Of a stretch of DNA of 64,000 nt, positions 37,179-46,604 are shown one piece after another (positions within the stretch are counted from its first letter, which is position 1; every line of letters starts with the position of its first letter). The stretch covers positions 4,137 to 68,136 of the forward strand of contig CAJFUN010000045.1 of the NCBI GenBank assembly GCA_904420205.1. The letters run 5' to 3'. A program made the translations under genes and the position numbers. The notes below the pieces were generated by a model. It made no database searches. It was not told the DNA's origin and saw only the letters and a program-made list of their open reading frames with translations. This DNA comes from Candidatus Parachristensenella avicola (GTDB taxonomy: Bacteria; Bacillota; Clostridia; Christensenellales; UMGS416).

Positions 37179-37577
37179 TCATAATATTCTATAGGGCGTC
37201 CGCTCCGTCGGCGGATGCGGGTAGATTGCCGCCATCTTTGAACTGAACGCATAAACTATGTTGATAAGGTGTCCCACCGCATTTCAGCGTATCTTTCATC
37301 GCCGGAACCGAAATCTCCTGCTGTCGTACCACAGTATTTGGATGCATCGTTAAATCTGCCTAATTCTCGACTCTTCCTTATGCTCTACCGCACTATGATG
37401 GCGCTTTTTTCCCTTTGGGCTGTAGAGGCGTATTTTGATATAATCCGCGCCATGGTGTTCCCCGTCGAAGCACTATTTTATCACAGGTTGAGTTAAAGCA
37501 GTATAGGGATTCTCTTTTTTTATGCGCGCCGAAACGCCCAAGCTTGCAGCTAAAGCTTCTGTTGCCATGTTTCATCT

Positions 37578-38222
37578 CTATTTGGTCAGCGCCCGGATAT
37601 CCTCCTCTGCGCCCATCACCATTAAGCTTTCCCCCGGTGTGAAAACATGATCCGGATGCGGCAGGGGCGCGATTGCGCCGCCCTTCTTGGTCGCCAGGAT
37701 GCTGACGCGGTATCGGGTGCGTACCGCTTTATCCAGAATGCTTTTTCCATACCATGCGGCAGGTACAGCGATCTCATAGATCGCATAGCCCGGCGCCAAT
37801 TCAATATAGTCGAACACATTTTTCGCGCCATATTTTACGGCCAGCCGCTCGGCCATCTCTCGCTCCGCATAGACCACATGATCGGCGCCGTTGCGCAGCA
37901 GCAGCTTTTTGTGAGCGTCCCGGCTGGCCCTTGCCAGAATAAATCGTCCCCCCAGGTCTTTCAGCAATACAGTGGCCAGCAGCGCGCTTTGGAAATTGTC
38001 CCCAATCGCTACCACGCACAGGTCAAAGTTATCCACGCCCAAGGATTCCATAAAGTCCTCGTCGGTGGCGTCGGCAATCTGTACGTTTTTGATCAGGCCT
38101 GCTGCTGCGTCAGCTCGTTCTTCATCCTTTTCTACGGCCAGCACCGTATTGCCTTCTTCAATCAGCTTACGGGCGATATGCCGGCCAAATCGGCCCAGTC
38201 CAATGACAAGTACGGATTTCAT
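37578..38222 (-). CDS. ktrA: K+ uptake system regulatory subunit (KtrA/TrkA RCK protein)
   Basis: The protein is 214 aa with the Rossmann motif MKSVLVIGLGRFGRHIA and RCK_N/RCK_C organisation. Confidence 0.85.
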   Translation of the reverse strand: MKSVLVIGLGRFGRHIARKLIEEGNTVLAVEKDEERADAAAGLIKNVQIADATDEDFMESLGVDNFDLCVVAIGDNFQSALLATVLLKDLGGRFILARASRDAHKKLLLRNGADHVVYAEREMAERLAVKYGAKNVFDYIELAPGYAIYEIAVPAAWYGKSILDKAVRTRYRVSILATKKGGAIAPLPHPDHVFTPGESLMVMGAEEDIRALTK

Positions 38223-38237
38223 TCTTTTATCCTCGCT

Positions 38238-39593
38238 TTATCCTAATTGTATTTTTTCCATCGGCAATTTGGAAACCGCGACGGTACGCTCCGACGAAAA
38301 GGCCAGCAGCATCGTGATGGATCCAACGCGGCCGAATAGCATCAACATTGCCAGCATCATCTTGGAAACCAGCCCGATTTCTGGCGTAATGCCCATGGAC
38401 AAGCCGACGGTGCCGATGGCCGACGCGCTCTCCAGCATAGCCGCCATCAGGCTTACGTCCTCTATATGGGCAATCGCCAAGGCGACCACCAGGGAAAGGG
38501 AAAAATAGAGCATCGCAATGCAGGTGGCCGTGCGGACGATCCCCTCCTCCATCCGGCGTCCAAAGAGCTCTACGGACTTACGGCGCCGAAAGGTCGTATC
38601 GATGCTTTTGATGATCACGGCAAAGGTCGTCGTCTTCATGCCGCCGGCCGTGGAGCCCGCCGAACCGCCGATCAACATCAATAGGATTAAAATGAGCTGG
38701 CTACCTTCCGTTAAGCTGGCTAGATCTACGCTGTTAAACCCGGCCGTTCTGGCTGAGACCGACTGGAAAACCGAGGCCAGCGCCTGCTCCCCTGTCGACA
38801 TTCCCGCGAAACACGCCTCGCCCTGCTCCAGCAGCAGGATACTGCCTGCGCCCAGCAGGATCAGGCTGGCACTGACTGTCAGCACGATTTTTGTGTGCAC
38901 CTTGAGCTTCGTAAATACAAACCGGTTGGTTACAAGATCCCGCCACACGAAGAACCCAAGCCCGCCAATCACGATCAGCGCCATAATGATAAAGTTAACA
39001 TAAGCGTGATCATATAAAAGCGTGAGTGAGGAAAAGGGCTTTTCTCCGCCCATCAGGTCAAATCCAGCGTTACAAAAGGCGGATATTGAATGAAATAGGG
39101 AAAAATAGAGACCCTTCCAAAATCCGAGCTTCGGGCAAAAATAAAAGCTCAACAGCAGCGCCCCAATTCCTTCCACCAGCGCCGTGCCGCCCAAGATAAA
39201 TTTGGTCATCCGCACCATCCCGCCCACTTGCGGCGCGCCGATGGACTCCTGCATCAGCACCCGCGGCGCCAGGCCGATCTTGCGCTTTGTCAGAGAAATA
39301 ATCGACAGCGCGATGGTCATGAATCCGATTCCGCCGATTTGGATTAAACAGATAATGACAATCTGGCCAAATAGGGACCAGTGGGTATAGGTGTCAAACC
39401 GAACGAGCCCTGTCACGCACGTGGCTGAGGTAGCCGTAAAAAAAGCGTCCGTTATGCTGGTGCGTCCTTCGCGCGACGCCGCAGGCAGGCTCAGCAGCGC
39501 CGTGCCCACCAGAATGATCGCACAAAATCCCAACAGGATAAGCTTTGTGGAAGACAGCCGTCTAAGCCCTTTGCGTATGTTTTGTGATTCCAT
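38238..39593 (-). CDS. ktrB: K+ transporter membrane subunit (KtrB/TrkH family)
   Basis: The protein is 451 aa and polytopic, with repeated M-P-M-like segments (GGIGF, GGLGF and GGSAGSTAGGMK selectivity-filter glycines). It lies 15 nt upstream of ktrA. Confidence 0.85.
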   Translation of the reverse strand: MESQNIRKGLRRLSSTKLILLGFCAIILVGTALLSLPAASREGRTSITDAFFTATSATCVTGLVRFDTYTHWSLFGQIVIICLIQIGGIGFMTIALSIISLTKRKIGLAPRVLMQESIGAPQVGGMVRMTKFILGGTALVEGIGALLLSFYFCPKLGFWKGLYFSLFHSISAFCNAGFDLMGGEKPFSSLTLLYDHAYVNFIIMALIVIGGLGFFVWRDLVTNRFVFTKLKVHTKIVLTVSASLILLGAGSILLLEQGEACFAGMSTGEQALASVFQSVSARTAGFNSVDLASLTEGSQLILILLMLIGGSAGSTAGGMKTTTFAVIIKSIDTTFRRRKSVELFGRRMEEGIVRTATCIAMLYFSLSLVVALAIAHIEDVSLMAAMLESASAIGTVGLSMGITPEIGLVSKMMLAMLMLFGRVGSITMLLAFSSERTVAVSKLPMEKIQLG

Positions 39594-39780
39594 CGTTCGC
39601 CTCCTCCGTAACGCTTCCTATTGTAGAGGCCCGATGGTTAAAAAAAATTAAAGATTCCCTATGCATTATAAAGATCGCATTAAGACCCCCAGGTTTTTAC
39701 ACGGTTTTTACGCGCATTCCTGTCTCATAACGGCATATTTATGCCTGATGCTTTATGCTTGGCGTATAAGGGGGGATTTT

Positions 39781-39891
39781 ATGAATGCGTTTTTGATCAT
39801 CGCAATCATCGCCATAGGCGCTGGCGGCTACCTTCTTTGCCAAGCCTTAGACCGCTATCTAGGTCAAGGCGGATTTCGCTACCATAAATAG
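39781..39891 (+). CDS. candidate 36-aa single-TM small protein
   Basis: AAGGGGGG lies 5 nt before ATG 39781. The sequence is MNAFLIIAIIAIGAGGYLLCQALDRYLGQGGFRYHK, a hydrophobic helix plus a basic tail. It is the 3' part of track ORF 39661..39891. Confidence 0.35.
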   Translation: MNAFLIIAIIAIGAGGYLLCQALDRYLGQGGFRYHK

Positions 39892-39943
39892 CGAATGCGG
39901 AAAAGCTAATTTTCCGTCATTTTTAATCCCGACCAAATTAGTC

Positions 39944-39972
39944 TTGATTCTTATGCGTATAAGGATTATACT
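39944..39972 (+). promoter_or_regulatory. promoter of the sufC-like/sufBD-like pair
   Basis: TTGATT-N17-TATACT. The palindrome TTAGCA-CT-TGCTAA (39983..39996) lies just downstream. Confidence 0.5.
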
Positions 39973-40029
39973 ATAAGCATAGTTAGCACTTGCTAATTCA
40001 CAATCTTTTTATTGCTAAGGAGGCGTCAC

Positions 40030-40761
40030 ATGCTCGAACTAAAAGGGATTGCATGGAACCTGCCGGAAGGCAGAGAAATCCTCCATCCCCTAGATCTTAC
40101 CATTCCCGACGGAAAGTTAACCGTTGTCACCGGCCCCAATGGGGGCGGAAAAACTACGCTGGCCAAGGTGATCGCCGGCATCCTCACGCCGTGCAGCGGC
40201 CAGATCCTGCTGGACGGAGAAGACATTACCCCGCTTGACGTAACCCAGCGAGCCCAACGGGGGATCGGCTTTGCCTTCCAGCAGCCCGTCCGCTTCAAGG
40301 GGCTTACGGTACGGGATCTGCTGGAACTAGCCGCGGGTCGCAGCCTAAGCGAAGCCGAACTGTGCGGTCTCTTAGGGCAGGTTGGGTTATGCGCGCCGGA
40401 ATATGAGAACCGCCAGACGGATGCCAGCCTGTCCGGGGGCGAGATCAAACGCATCGAAATTGCCACTGTATTGGCTCGCGGCGCTCGTATTTCCGTTTTC
40501 GATGAGCCGGAGGCGGGGATCGACCTTTGGAGCTTTGCCAGCCTAATCGATACCTTTAAACGCCTGCAAAGCAGCCTTTCCGGGTCGCTGCTTATTATTT
40601 CCCACCAGGAGCGCATTTTGAATATTGCCGATGAAATCGTCGTCATCGCCGATGGCCGCGTCCGGTCGCATGGCCCGCGCGAGCAGGTGCTCCCGGCCCT
40701 GATGGCTGACGAAAGTATGACCCGCTGCCCGCTGGGAAAGGAGGAACAGCCCCATGAATAG
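40030..40761 (+). CDS. SufC-like ABC ATPase
   Basis: The track ORF is 40012..40761. I start the gene at ATG 40030 (AAGGAGG RBS), giving 243 aa. Motifs are Walker A GPNGGGKTT, the SufC-type signature LSGGEIKR and Walker B VFDEPEAGID. Confidence 0.8.
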   Translation: MLELKGIAWNLPEGREILHPLDLTIPDGKLTVVTGPNGGGKTTLAKVIAGILTPCSGQILLDGEDITPLDVTQRAQRGIGFAFQQPVRFKGLTVRDLLELAAGRSLSEAELCGLLGQVGLCAPEYENRQTDASLSGGEIKRIEIATVLARGARISVFDEPEAGIDLWSFASLIDTFKRLQSSLSGSLLIISHQERILNIADEIVVIADGRVRSHGPREQVLPALMADESMTRCPLGKEEQPHE

Positions 40762-41674
40762 CATCACCGTCAATCTGTTGAACCTGATCTCCGGCTTTAA
40801 GGGAGCCTTTAACGGCGCCTTTAATATCCGGGAGAACGGCGGCTGTGCCGGCCGGCAGTCCACCGACCACATCAAAATTGAATCCAAGCCTGACGGACCG
40901 GGCCTTATCATCCGCGTCCTTCCAGAGGCGCAGGGTGAAACGGTGTATATCCCGGCCTGCGTTACCCACAGCGGTGTAGACGACCTCGTTTATAATGATT
41001 TCTATGTAGGCGCCGGCGCTGATGTCACCATTGTGGCTGGCTGCGGCGTGCACGTTGAAGGCGAGGAGGAAGCCCGTCACAACGGGATCCACCGCTTTTT
41101 CCTGGAAAAGGGCGCTCATGTGCGGTATGAGGAAAAGCATGTGGGCACAGGAGCTGGCAAGGGTCTGCGCCGTATCGATCCTGTCACGGATGCCACACTG
41201 GATGAGGATGCCGTACTGGAGATGGATACTGTGCAGATTGGCGGCGTCGACACAACGATGCGCAAAACCAACGCCCAGCTGGCCGCCCGTGCCCGCCTTG
41301 TAATCCGCGAACGCATCCTGACCGAGGGGGAACAGCAGGCGCAGACCGAGTTCTCCGTGGATCTCAATGGCGAGGACAGCGGCGTAGACCTAATCTCCCG
41401 ATCGGTGGCCAAGGACCACTCCAACCAGCAGTATCATTCCCGTATCTGCGGCAACACCCGCTGCACGGGGCATTCTGAATGCGACGCTATCCTGGTGGGG
41501 CACGGCACGGTAAACGCTGCGCCAGAGCTTTTTGCCGGCAGCGTGGACGCTGCCCTGATCCACGAGGCGGCGATCGGAAAAATCGCTGGCGAGCAGATCC
41601 TGAAGCTGCGCACCTTCGGCCTTACGGAGGAGGAAGCGGAGCAGAAGATCATTGACGGCTTTTTGAAAGGCTAA
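40754..41674 (+). CDS. SufB/SufD-family Fe-S cluster scaffold protein (short form)
   Basis: The protein is 306 aa and overlaps the ATPase gene by 8 nt. It has a beta-helix-like repeat region. The C-terminus HEAAIGKIAGEQILKLRTFGLTEEEAEQKIIDGFL is typical of SufB/SufD. Confidence 0.8.
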   Translation: MNSITVNLLNLISGFKGAFNGAFNIRENGGCAGRQSTDHIKIESKPDGPGLIIRVLPEAQGETVYIPACVTHSGVDDLVYNDFYVGAGADVTIVAGCGVHVEGEEEARHNGIHRFFLEKGAHVRYEEKHVGTGAGKGLRRIDPVTDATLDEDAVLEMDTVQIGGVDTTMRKTNAQLAARARLVIRERILTEGEQQAQTEFSVDLNGEDSGVDLISRSVAKDHSNQQYHSRICGNTRCTGHSECDAILVGHGTVNAAPELFAGSVDAALIHEAAIGKIAGEQILKLRTFGLTEEEAEQKIIDGFLKG

Positions 41675-41707
41675 AAAAGCCGCACGGCCGCTCCCGTACG
41701 GTTTTTC
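41673..41707. terminator. bidirectional hairpin after the suf pair
   Basis: A6-GCCGCACGG-N6-CCGTACGGT-TTTT, with one mismatch in the stem. Confidence 0.55.
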
Positions 41708-42210
41708 CGCCTAAATACGTGCCCATACGACAGCGTGCTTGGGTGGAAAGCCATGGTTTTTCCTTTTCGCTTTTGCCCAGAGGCATGAAAGCCGCTCTCC
41801 CCTCGCCATGGGGCAAGGCTTGACCGCATTATGTGGAAGACATCCGCGATGGCTAAAATCAAATGGGCGTGAACCGTCCGGGGAGCGCTTTGTGACTATG
41901 GAGAGAGCAGCCTGAATCCACAAGCCTAGAAGGTAGTTCTGCCCTGCCGCCGCTCGGAAAAGGATGATACGGATACGGTCTTTTGCCTAAGCGCCATAGC
42001 GATGATCATATTGGGGGTAAGCTCATCCCAAGGCGAAGGTTGGGAGCGGATTGGGGAATCGGCTTCGCTGTGGGAATTTGATCTGTTCATATCCCGATTG
42101 CCATCCGGTATATCATACGCTCAAGCAAACGCCCGCAGGTTGCCAGGTCCAGATGTGGGGAAATAATCCTGCCGGGTTAAGTCATGGATCCATCTTGGCT
42201 CAAGGATCGC

Positions 42211-42251
42211 GAAAAAACCTCCCGCCTACATCCTCATTAGGCGGGAGGTTT
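42211..42251. terminator. bidirectional terminator after the FGE-like gene
   Basis: A 12-bp stem AACCTCCCGCCT/AGGCGGGAGGTT is flanked by A6 on the left and TTTCTCT on the right. Confidence 0.75.
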
Positions 42252-42293
42252 TCTCTATGCGCGCATGGGCACGGCCGCAAGCAGCCGGGCGCG

Positions 42294-43577
42294 TTAGGAT
42301 AAATTCACATAGGCGCAGCGAAATCCGATCGTCGCGCTTCCATCGTAAGTGCGCGGGCTATAAAAGTGCAGCGCGCTGATCCCTGCCCGTTCAAAGCTTC
42401 CAGCTTTTCCTCCCCGCACGGCGATGCGCTCCCCATAATTGCGCACCACTAGAATGCCGTCCTCGCTTCTGCAGGCGCTGTCGGGAAAAATTTCAAGCTG
42501 CGTAAGCATCGAGGGGACCTTCAGCTGCCCGTCCGTTTGCAGCTCGGCGAACCGGCATTCGGTATATCCTTGGTTTCCCTGCGTATGAGGGCCTAAATAG
42601 GACCGGTTGCGCAATCGTGTGCTCAGAACCGGCCGCCCATTTTCCAGCAGGTGGTCACGCTCCTCACCGTCACCAGGTACGCTGCCGTCCAGTTTTAGCG
42701 TATCCAGCTCCTCATGGGCAGCCAACTCTCCGCCTGCGGTAATGCCCCGCCAGTGATGGCTGTCCGCTCGGAACGCTTCATCGCTGTAAGCAGAGGCAAA
42801 GCCGTCCGGCATAATCTGAATTTCGCCGTCTAGCAGCCGCAGTCCGCCCACCCATTCAAACATGTTCCCCACCAGATCCGCAATGCCGGAAGCCTGATAA
42901 TTATGTTGGAATTCCACCGGACCGCTGCCGGTCAGGGTCAGTTCCTGGCCATAATAGGGCCTTGCAGATACGCCTTTGAGATGCGGGTTCCGCCAGTCCT
43001 CGCCCCGGCTACCGGTATTTCCCCTGGGCAGGGTTCCGTTCTTCCGGCACCAGGCGGCTATCGCCGCCCATTGGCTGTTGGTCATCAGGTGCCAGCCGCT
43101 GCCCTTATTGAGGCAGAACCGGTTCGCCTCGTCAAAGGTTACGAAACTATAGGGTTCTCTCATGGGCAAAGAATAGGCACGTTGGTTTTCCACAATATTC
43201 ATGTATTTGGAGATATAGATGACCTTCTGCGGTTTACCGCAAGCGATCCAGGCCGGATGCAAGCTTTCGTCCTCGGTATCGTATAGGTCCGCGATACGCA
43301 TCCAGGGCAGCGCCACCATGATGCTCGGCATCCCAATATCGTCCAGCAGCACCGTATTGGCGCCGCCGCTCAGCGCTTCCACTGCCAGCTTCAGGTCGTC
43401 GTAACGCCCCGGCGAGGCAACCCTGCCTTGTACACAGCGCCGCGCTGCTTCATAGGCTTTCTCTGCCACGCAGTCGGCATATTCCAGATCTTGCCGGCTT
43501 GGCTGTTGAACCCGATATTCCTCCAACGTTTCCTGACGTCTACGGCTGCGCTCATCGCTCACCGAGTGAATATTCAT
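42294..43577 (-). CDS. formylglycine-generating-enzyme (SUMF1/EgtB/PvdO) family protein, cytoplasmic, with an N-terminal extension
   Basis: The track ORF starts at GTG 43580. ATG 43577 follows the RBS AGAGGGGGAG, giving 427 aa. Family motifs are GWHLMTNSQWAAIAAW, DLVGNMFEWV and the C-terminal IGFRCAY. I see no signal peptide. Confidence 0.7.
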   Translation of the reverse strand: MNIHSVSDERSRRRQETLEEYRVQQPSRQDLEYADCVAEKAYEAARRCVQGRVASPGRYDDLKLAVEALSGGANTVLLDDIGMPSIMVALPWMRIADLYDTEDESLHPAWIACGKPQKVIYISKYMNIVENQRAYSLPMREPYSFVTFDEANRFCLNKGSGWHLMTNSQWAAIAAWCRKNGTLPRGNTGSRGEDWRNPHLKGVSARPYYGQELTLTGSGPVEFQHNYQASGIADLVGNMFEWVGGLRLLDGEIQIMPDGFASAYSDEAFRADSHHWRGITAGGELAAHEELDTLKLDGSVPGDGEERDHLLENGRPVLSTRLRNRSYLGPHTQGNQGYTECRFAELQTDGQLKVPSMLTQLEIFPDSACRSEDGILVVRNYGERIAVRGGKAGSFERAGISALHFYSPRTYDGSATIGFRCAYVNLS

Positions 43578-43609
43578 CACCGCGCTCCCCCTCTATCGGT
43601 ATTTCCCCC

Positions 43610-43638
43610 ATTTTATCGGCTATACTTCGGAATGTCAA
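43610..43638 (-). promoter_or_regulatory. promoter of the FGE-like gene
   Basis: TTGACA-N17-TAAAAT on the minus strand, about 30 nt upstream of the start codon. Confidence 0.6.
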
Positions 43639-44148
43639 CGAACCCGCTCCGGTGCGTAAGGTTATCTTGCCCCCTAACCTTGCCGGGGCTGACTGCGCCA
43701 GCGCCAGCAAGATGCATGGCGCATCCTGCCAAATCGTGAGCAGTCGTGCCGCCCTGCCAATAGGTAAGCTGCCTGGCTATCTGGCCTTCTCCCCCACATC
43801 TGCCCCCGAACCCGACAGCAGCAATCATGATCCGTTGACTGCATCCTACTGCAAATCGGTCGCTGCAATCTGAAAACCCGCCCGGTCGCCCCTATAGCGC
43901 AGCGGTATCAGCCCGTTAAATGGCAAACGCTTTTATCCCGCGCTTTTTCTTTTCGCGTCCGTATGCATGGATCCACCCCGTTTGTTGTCCCTAGGGGGGC
44001 TGTGCCAGCACGCCAAAGCGCAACGATACCCCGGCGCCATCCAGCAAAATACGGGCCTAATGCATGATTGCCCGCTTTTTTCTGCAGCTCATGGCAAGAG
44101 CCGGGCGCACCCGGCTCCGTTTTACTGTCTGGCGCTCAGCGGCGCGGC

Positions 44149-44940
44149 CTATCCCATAGCTACATCCAGAATCATCATAACTAGAAAGCCCGCCATCACG
44201 CCTAATGTGCCTGTATTGGAATGTTCGCCCAAATGGGCCTCAGGAATAAGCTCTTCCACCACCACATACATCATTGCACCGGCAGCAAAGGCCAGTAGCC
44301 AGGGCATCAGCGGTTGAATGATCCCGGCAGCCAGCACGACGAGCACACCAAAAACAGGCTCCACAGCGCCCGAAAGGCTGCCATATAAAAAGGCCCGTCT
44401 GGCCGGAATTCCTTCTTGCCGCAGCGGCAGCGCCACCGCCGCCCCCTCCGGGAAATTCTGAATCCCGATGCCCAGCGCCAAGGCGGCTGCCGCGGAAAGC
44501 GCGGCGGAATCACCGCCATGCTGCGCCGCCAGGGCAAAGGCCAAGCCTACCGCCATGCCTTCCGGTATATTATGCATCGTTACCGCCAGCACCAAAAGCG
44601 TCGTACGCTTCCAGGAAGCTTGCAGTCCCTCCGGGCATTGAGCACCTAGGTGAAGATGGGGCAGCAGCAAATCCAGCGCAAGCAAAAAGGCAATACCCAG
44701 CGCGAATCCGCCGGCCGCTGGAACCCATCCCGGTAAGCCAGCCGCCTCCGCCTCTTCAATGGCGGGGATGAGCAGGCTCCATACAGACGCCGCAATCATC
44801 ACGCCCGCGGCAAATCCCAGAAAAATTCGCTGGATCCGCCGGTTAATGCGCCCGCGAAAGCAAAAGACCAAAGCCGCCCCCAGCGTAGTCATCCCAAAGG
44901 CGAATCCTGTGCCCAAGGCAGATGCGACGATCGGCTGCAT
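44149..44940 (-). CDS. ZIP-family divalent metal transporter (ZupT-like)
   Basis: The protein is 263 aa with about 8 TM helices. It carries the ZIP signature HNIPEGMAVG and a second QNFPEGAAV. It lies 23 nt downstream of eno and has its own GGAAGGAGG RBS. Confidence 0.85.
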   Translation of the reverse strand: MQPIVASALGTGFAFGMTTLGAALVFCFRGRINRRIQRIFLGFAAGVMIAASVWSLLIPAIEEAEAAGLPGWVPAAGGFALGIAFLLALDLLLPHLHLGAQCPEGLQASWKRTTLLVLAVTMHNIPEGMAVGLAFALAAQHGGDSAALSAAAALALGIGIQNFPEGAAVALPLRQEGIPARRAFLYGSLSGAVEPVFGVLVVLAAGIIQPLMPWLLAFAAGAMMYVVVEELIPEAHLGEHSNTGTLGVMAGFLVMMILDVAMG

Positions 44941-44963
44941 TCTTTCCTCCTTCCCCCTTAGCG

Positions 44964-46334
<1,371 letters not shown>

Positions 46335-46343
46335 TCTAAAGTT

Positions 46344-46372
46344 ATTATAAACTTTTCCTTGGCCAAAAACAA
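46344..46372 (-). promoter_or_regulatory. eno promoter
   Basis: TTGTTT-N17-TATAAT on the minus strand. Confidence 0.5.
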
Positions 46373-46604
46373 CCCCTCGCGTTTTATTTTAACCCCTTTG
46401 CCGGATTTTTTCCGTGTCAGGCACGACCTTTCGCTGGCAGCATAGCAAATTTCCCCCTTAATTTTTTCTTCCTATCATGTATGATGGTTTCAGATATTAG
46501 TTATGGCTAGCCCTCGTAATCATGCTTCTCTGACTTTGTAGCCAGCAAGCGTAAAATTCCGGAGGGCCGGATAACCTATATACAATGGATAAGGAGGCAA
46601 TCGC

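Noticed and set aside
39594-39760. c-di-AMP (ydaO-type) riboswitch upstream of ktrB
   Set aside because: The upstream region is short and AT-rich. It lacks the pseudo-two-fold ACGGGG/CCCGA-type conserved blocks, and no terminator or anti-terminator pair is visible.
43613-43828. 71-aa minus-strand ORF just upstream of the FGE-like gene (MIAAVGFGGRCGGEG..)
   Set aside because: Its 3' part contains the consensus TTGACA-N17-TAAAAT promoter of the downstream gene. It has only a weak, poorly spaced RBS and no recognisable motif. It may at most be part of a decayed gene.
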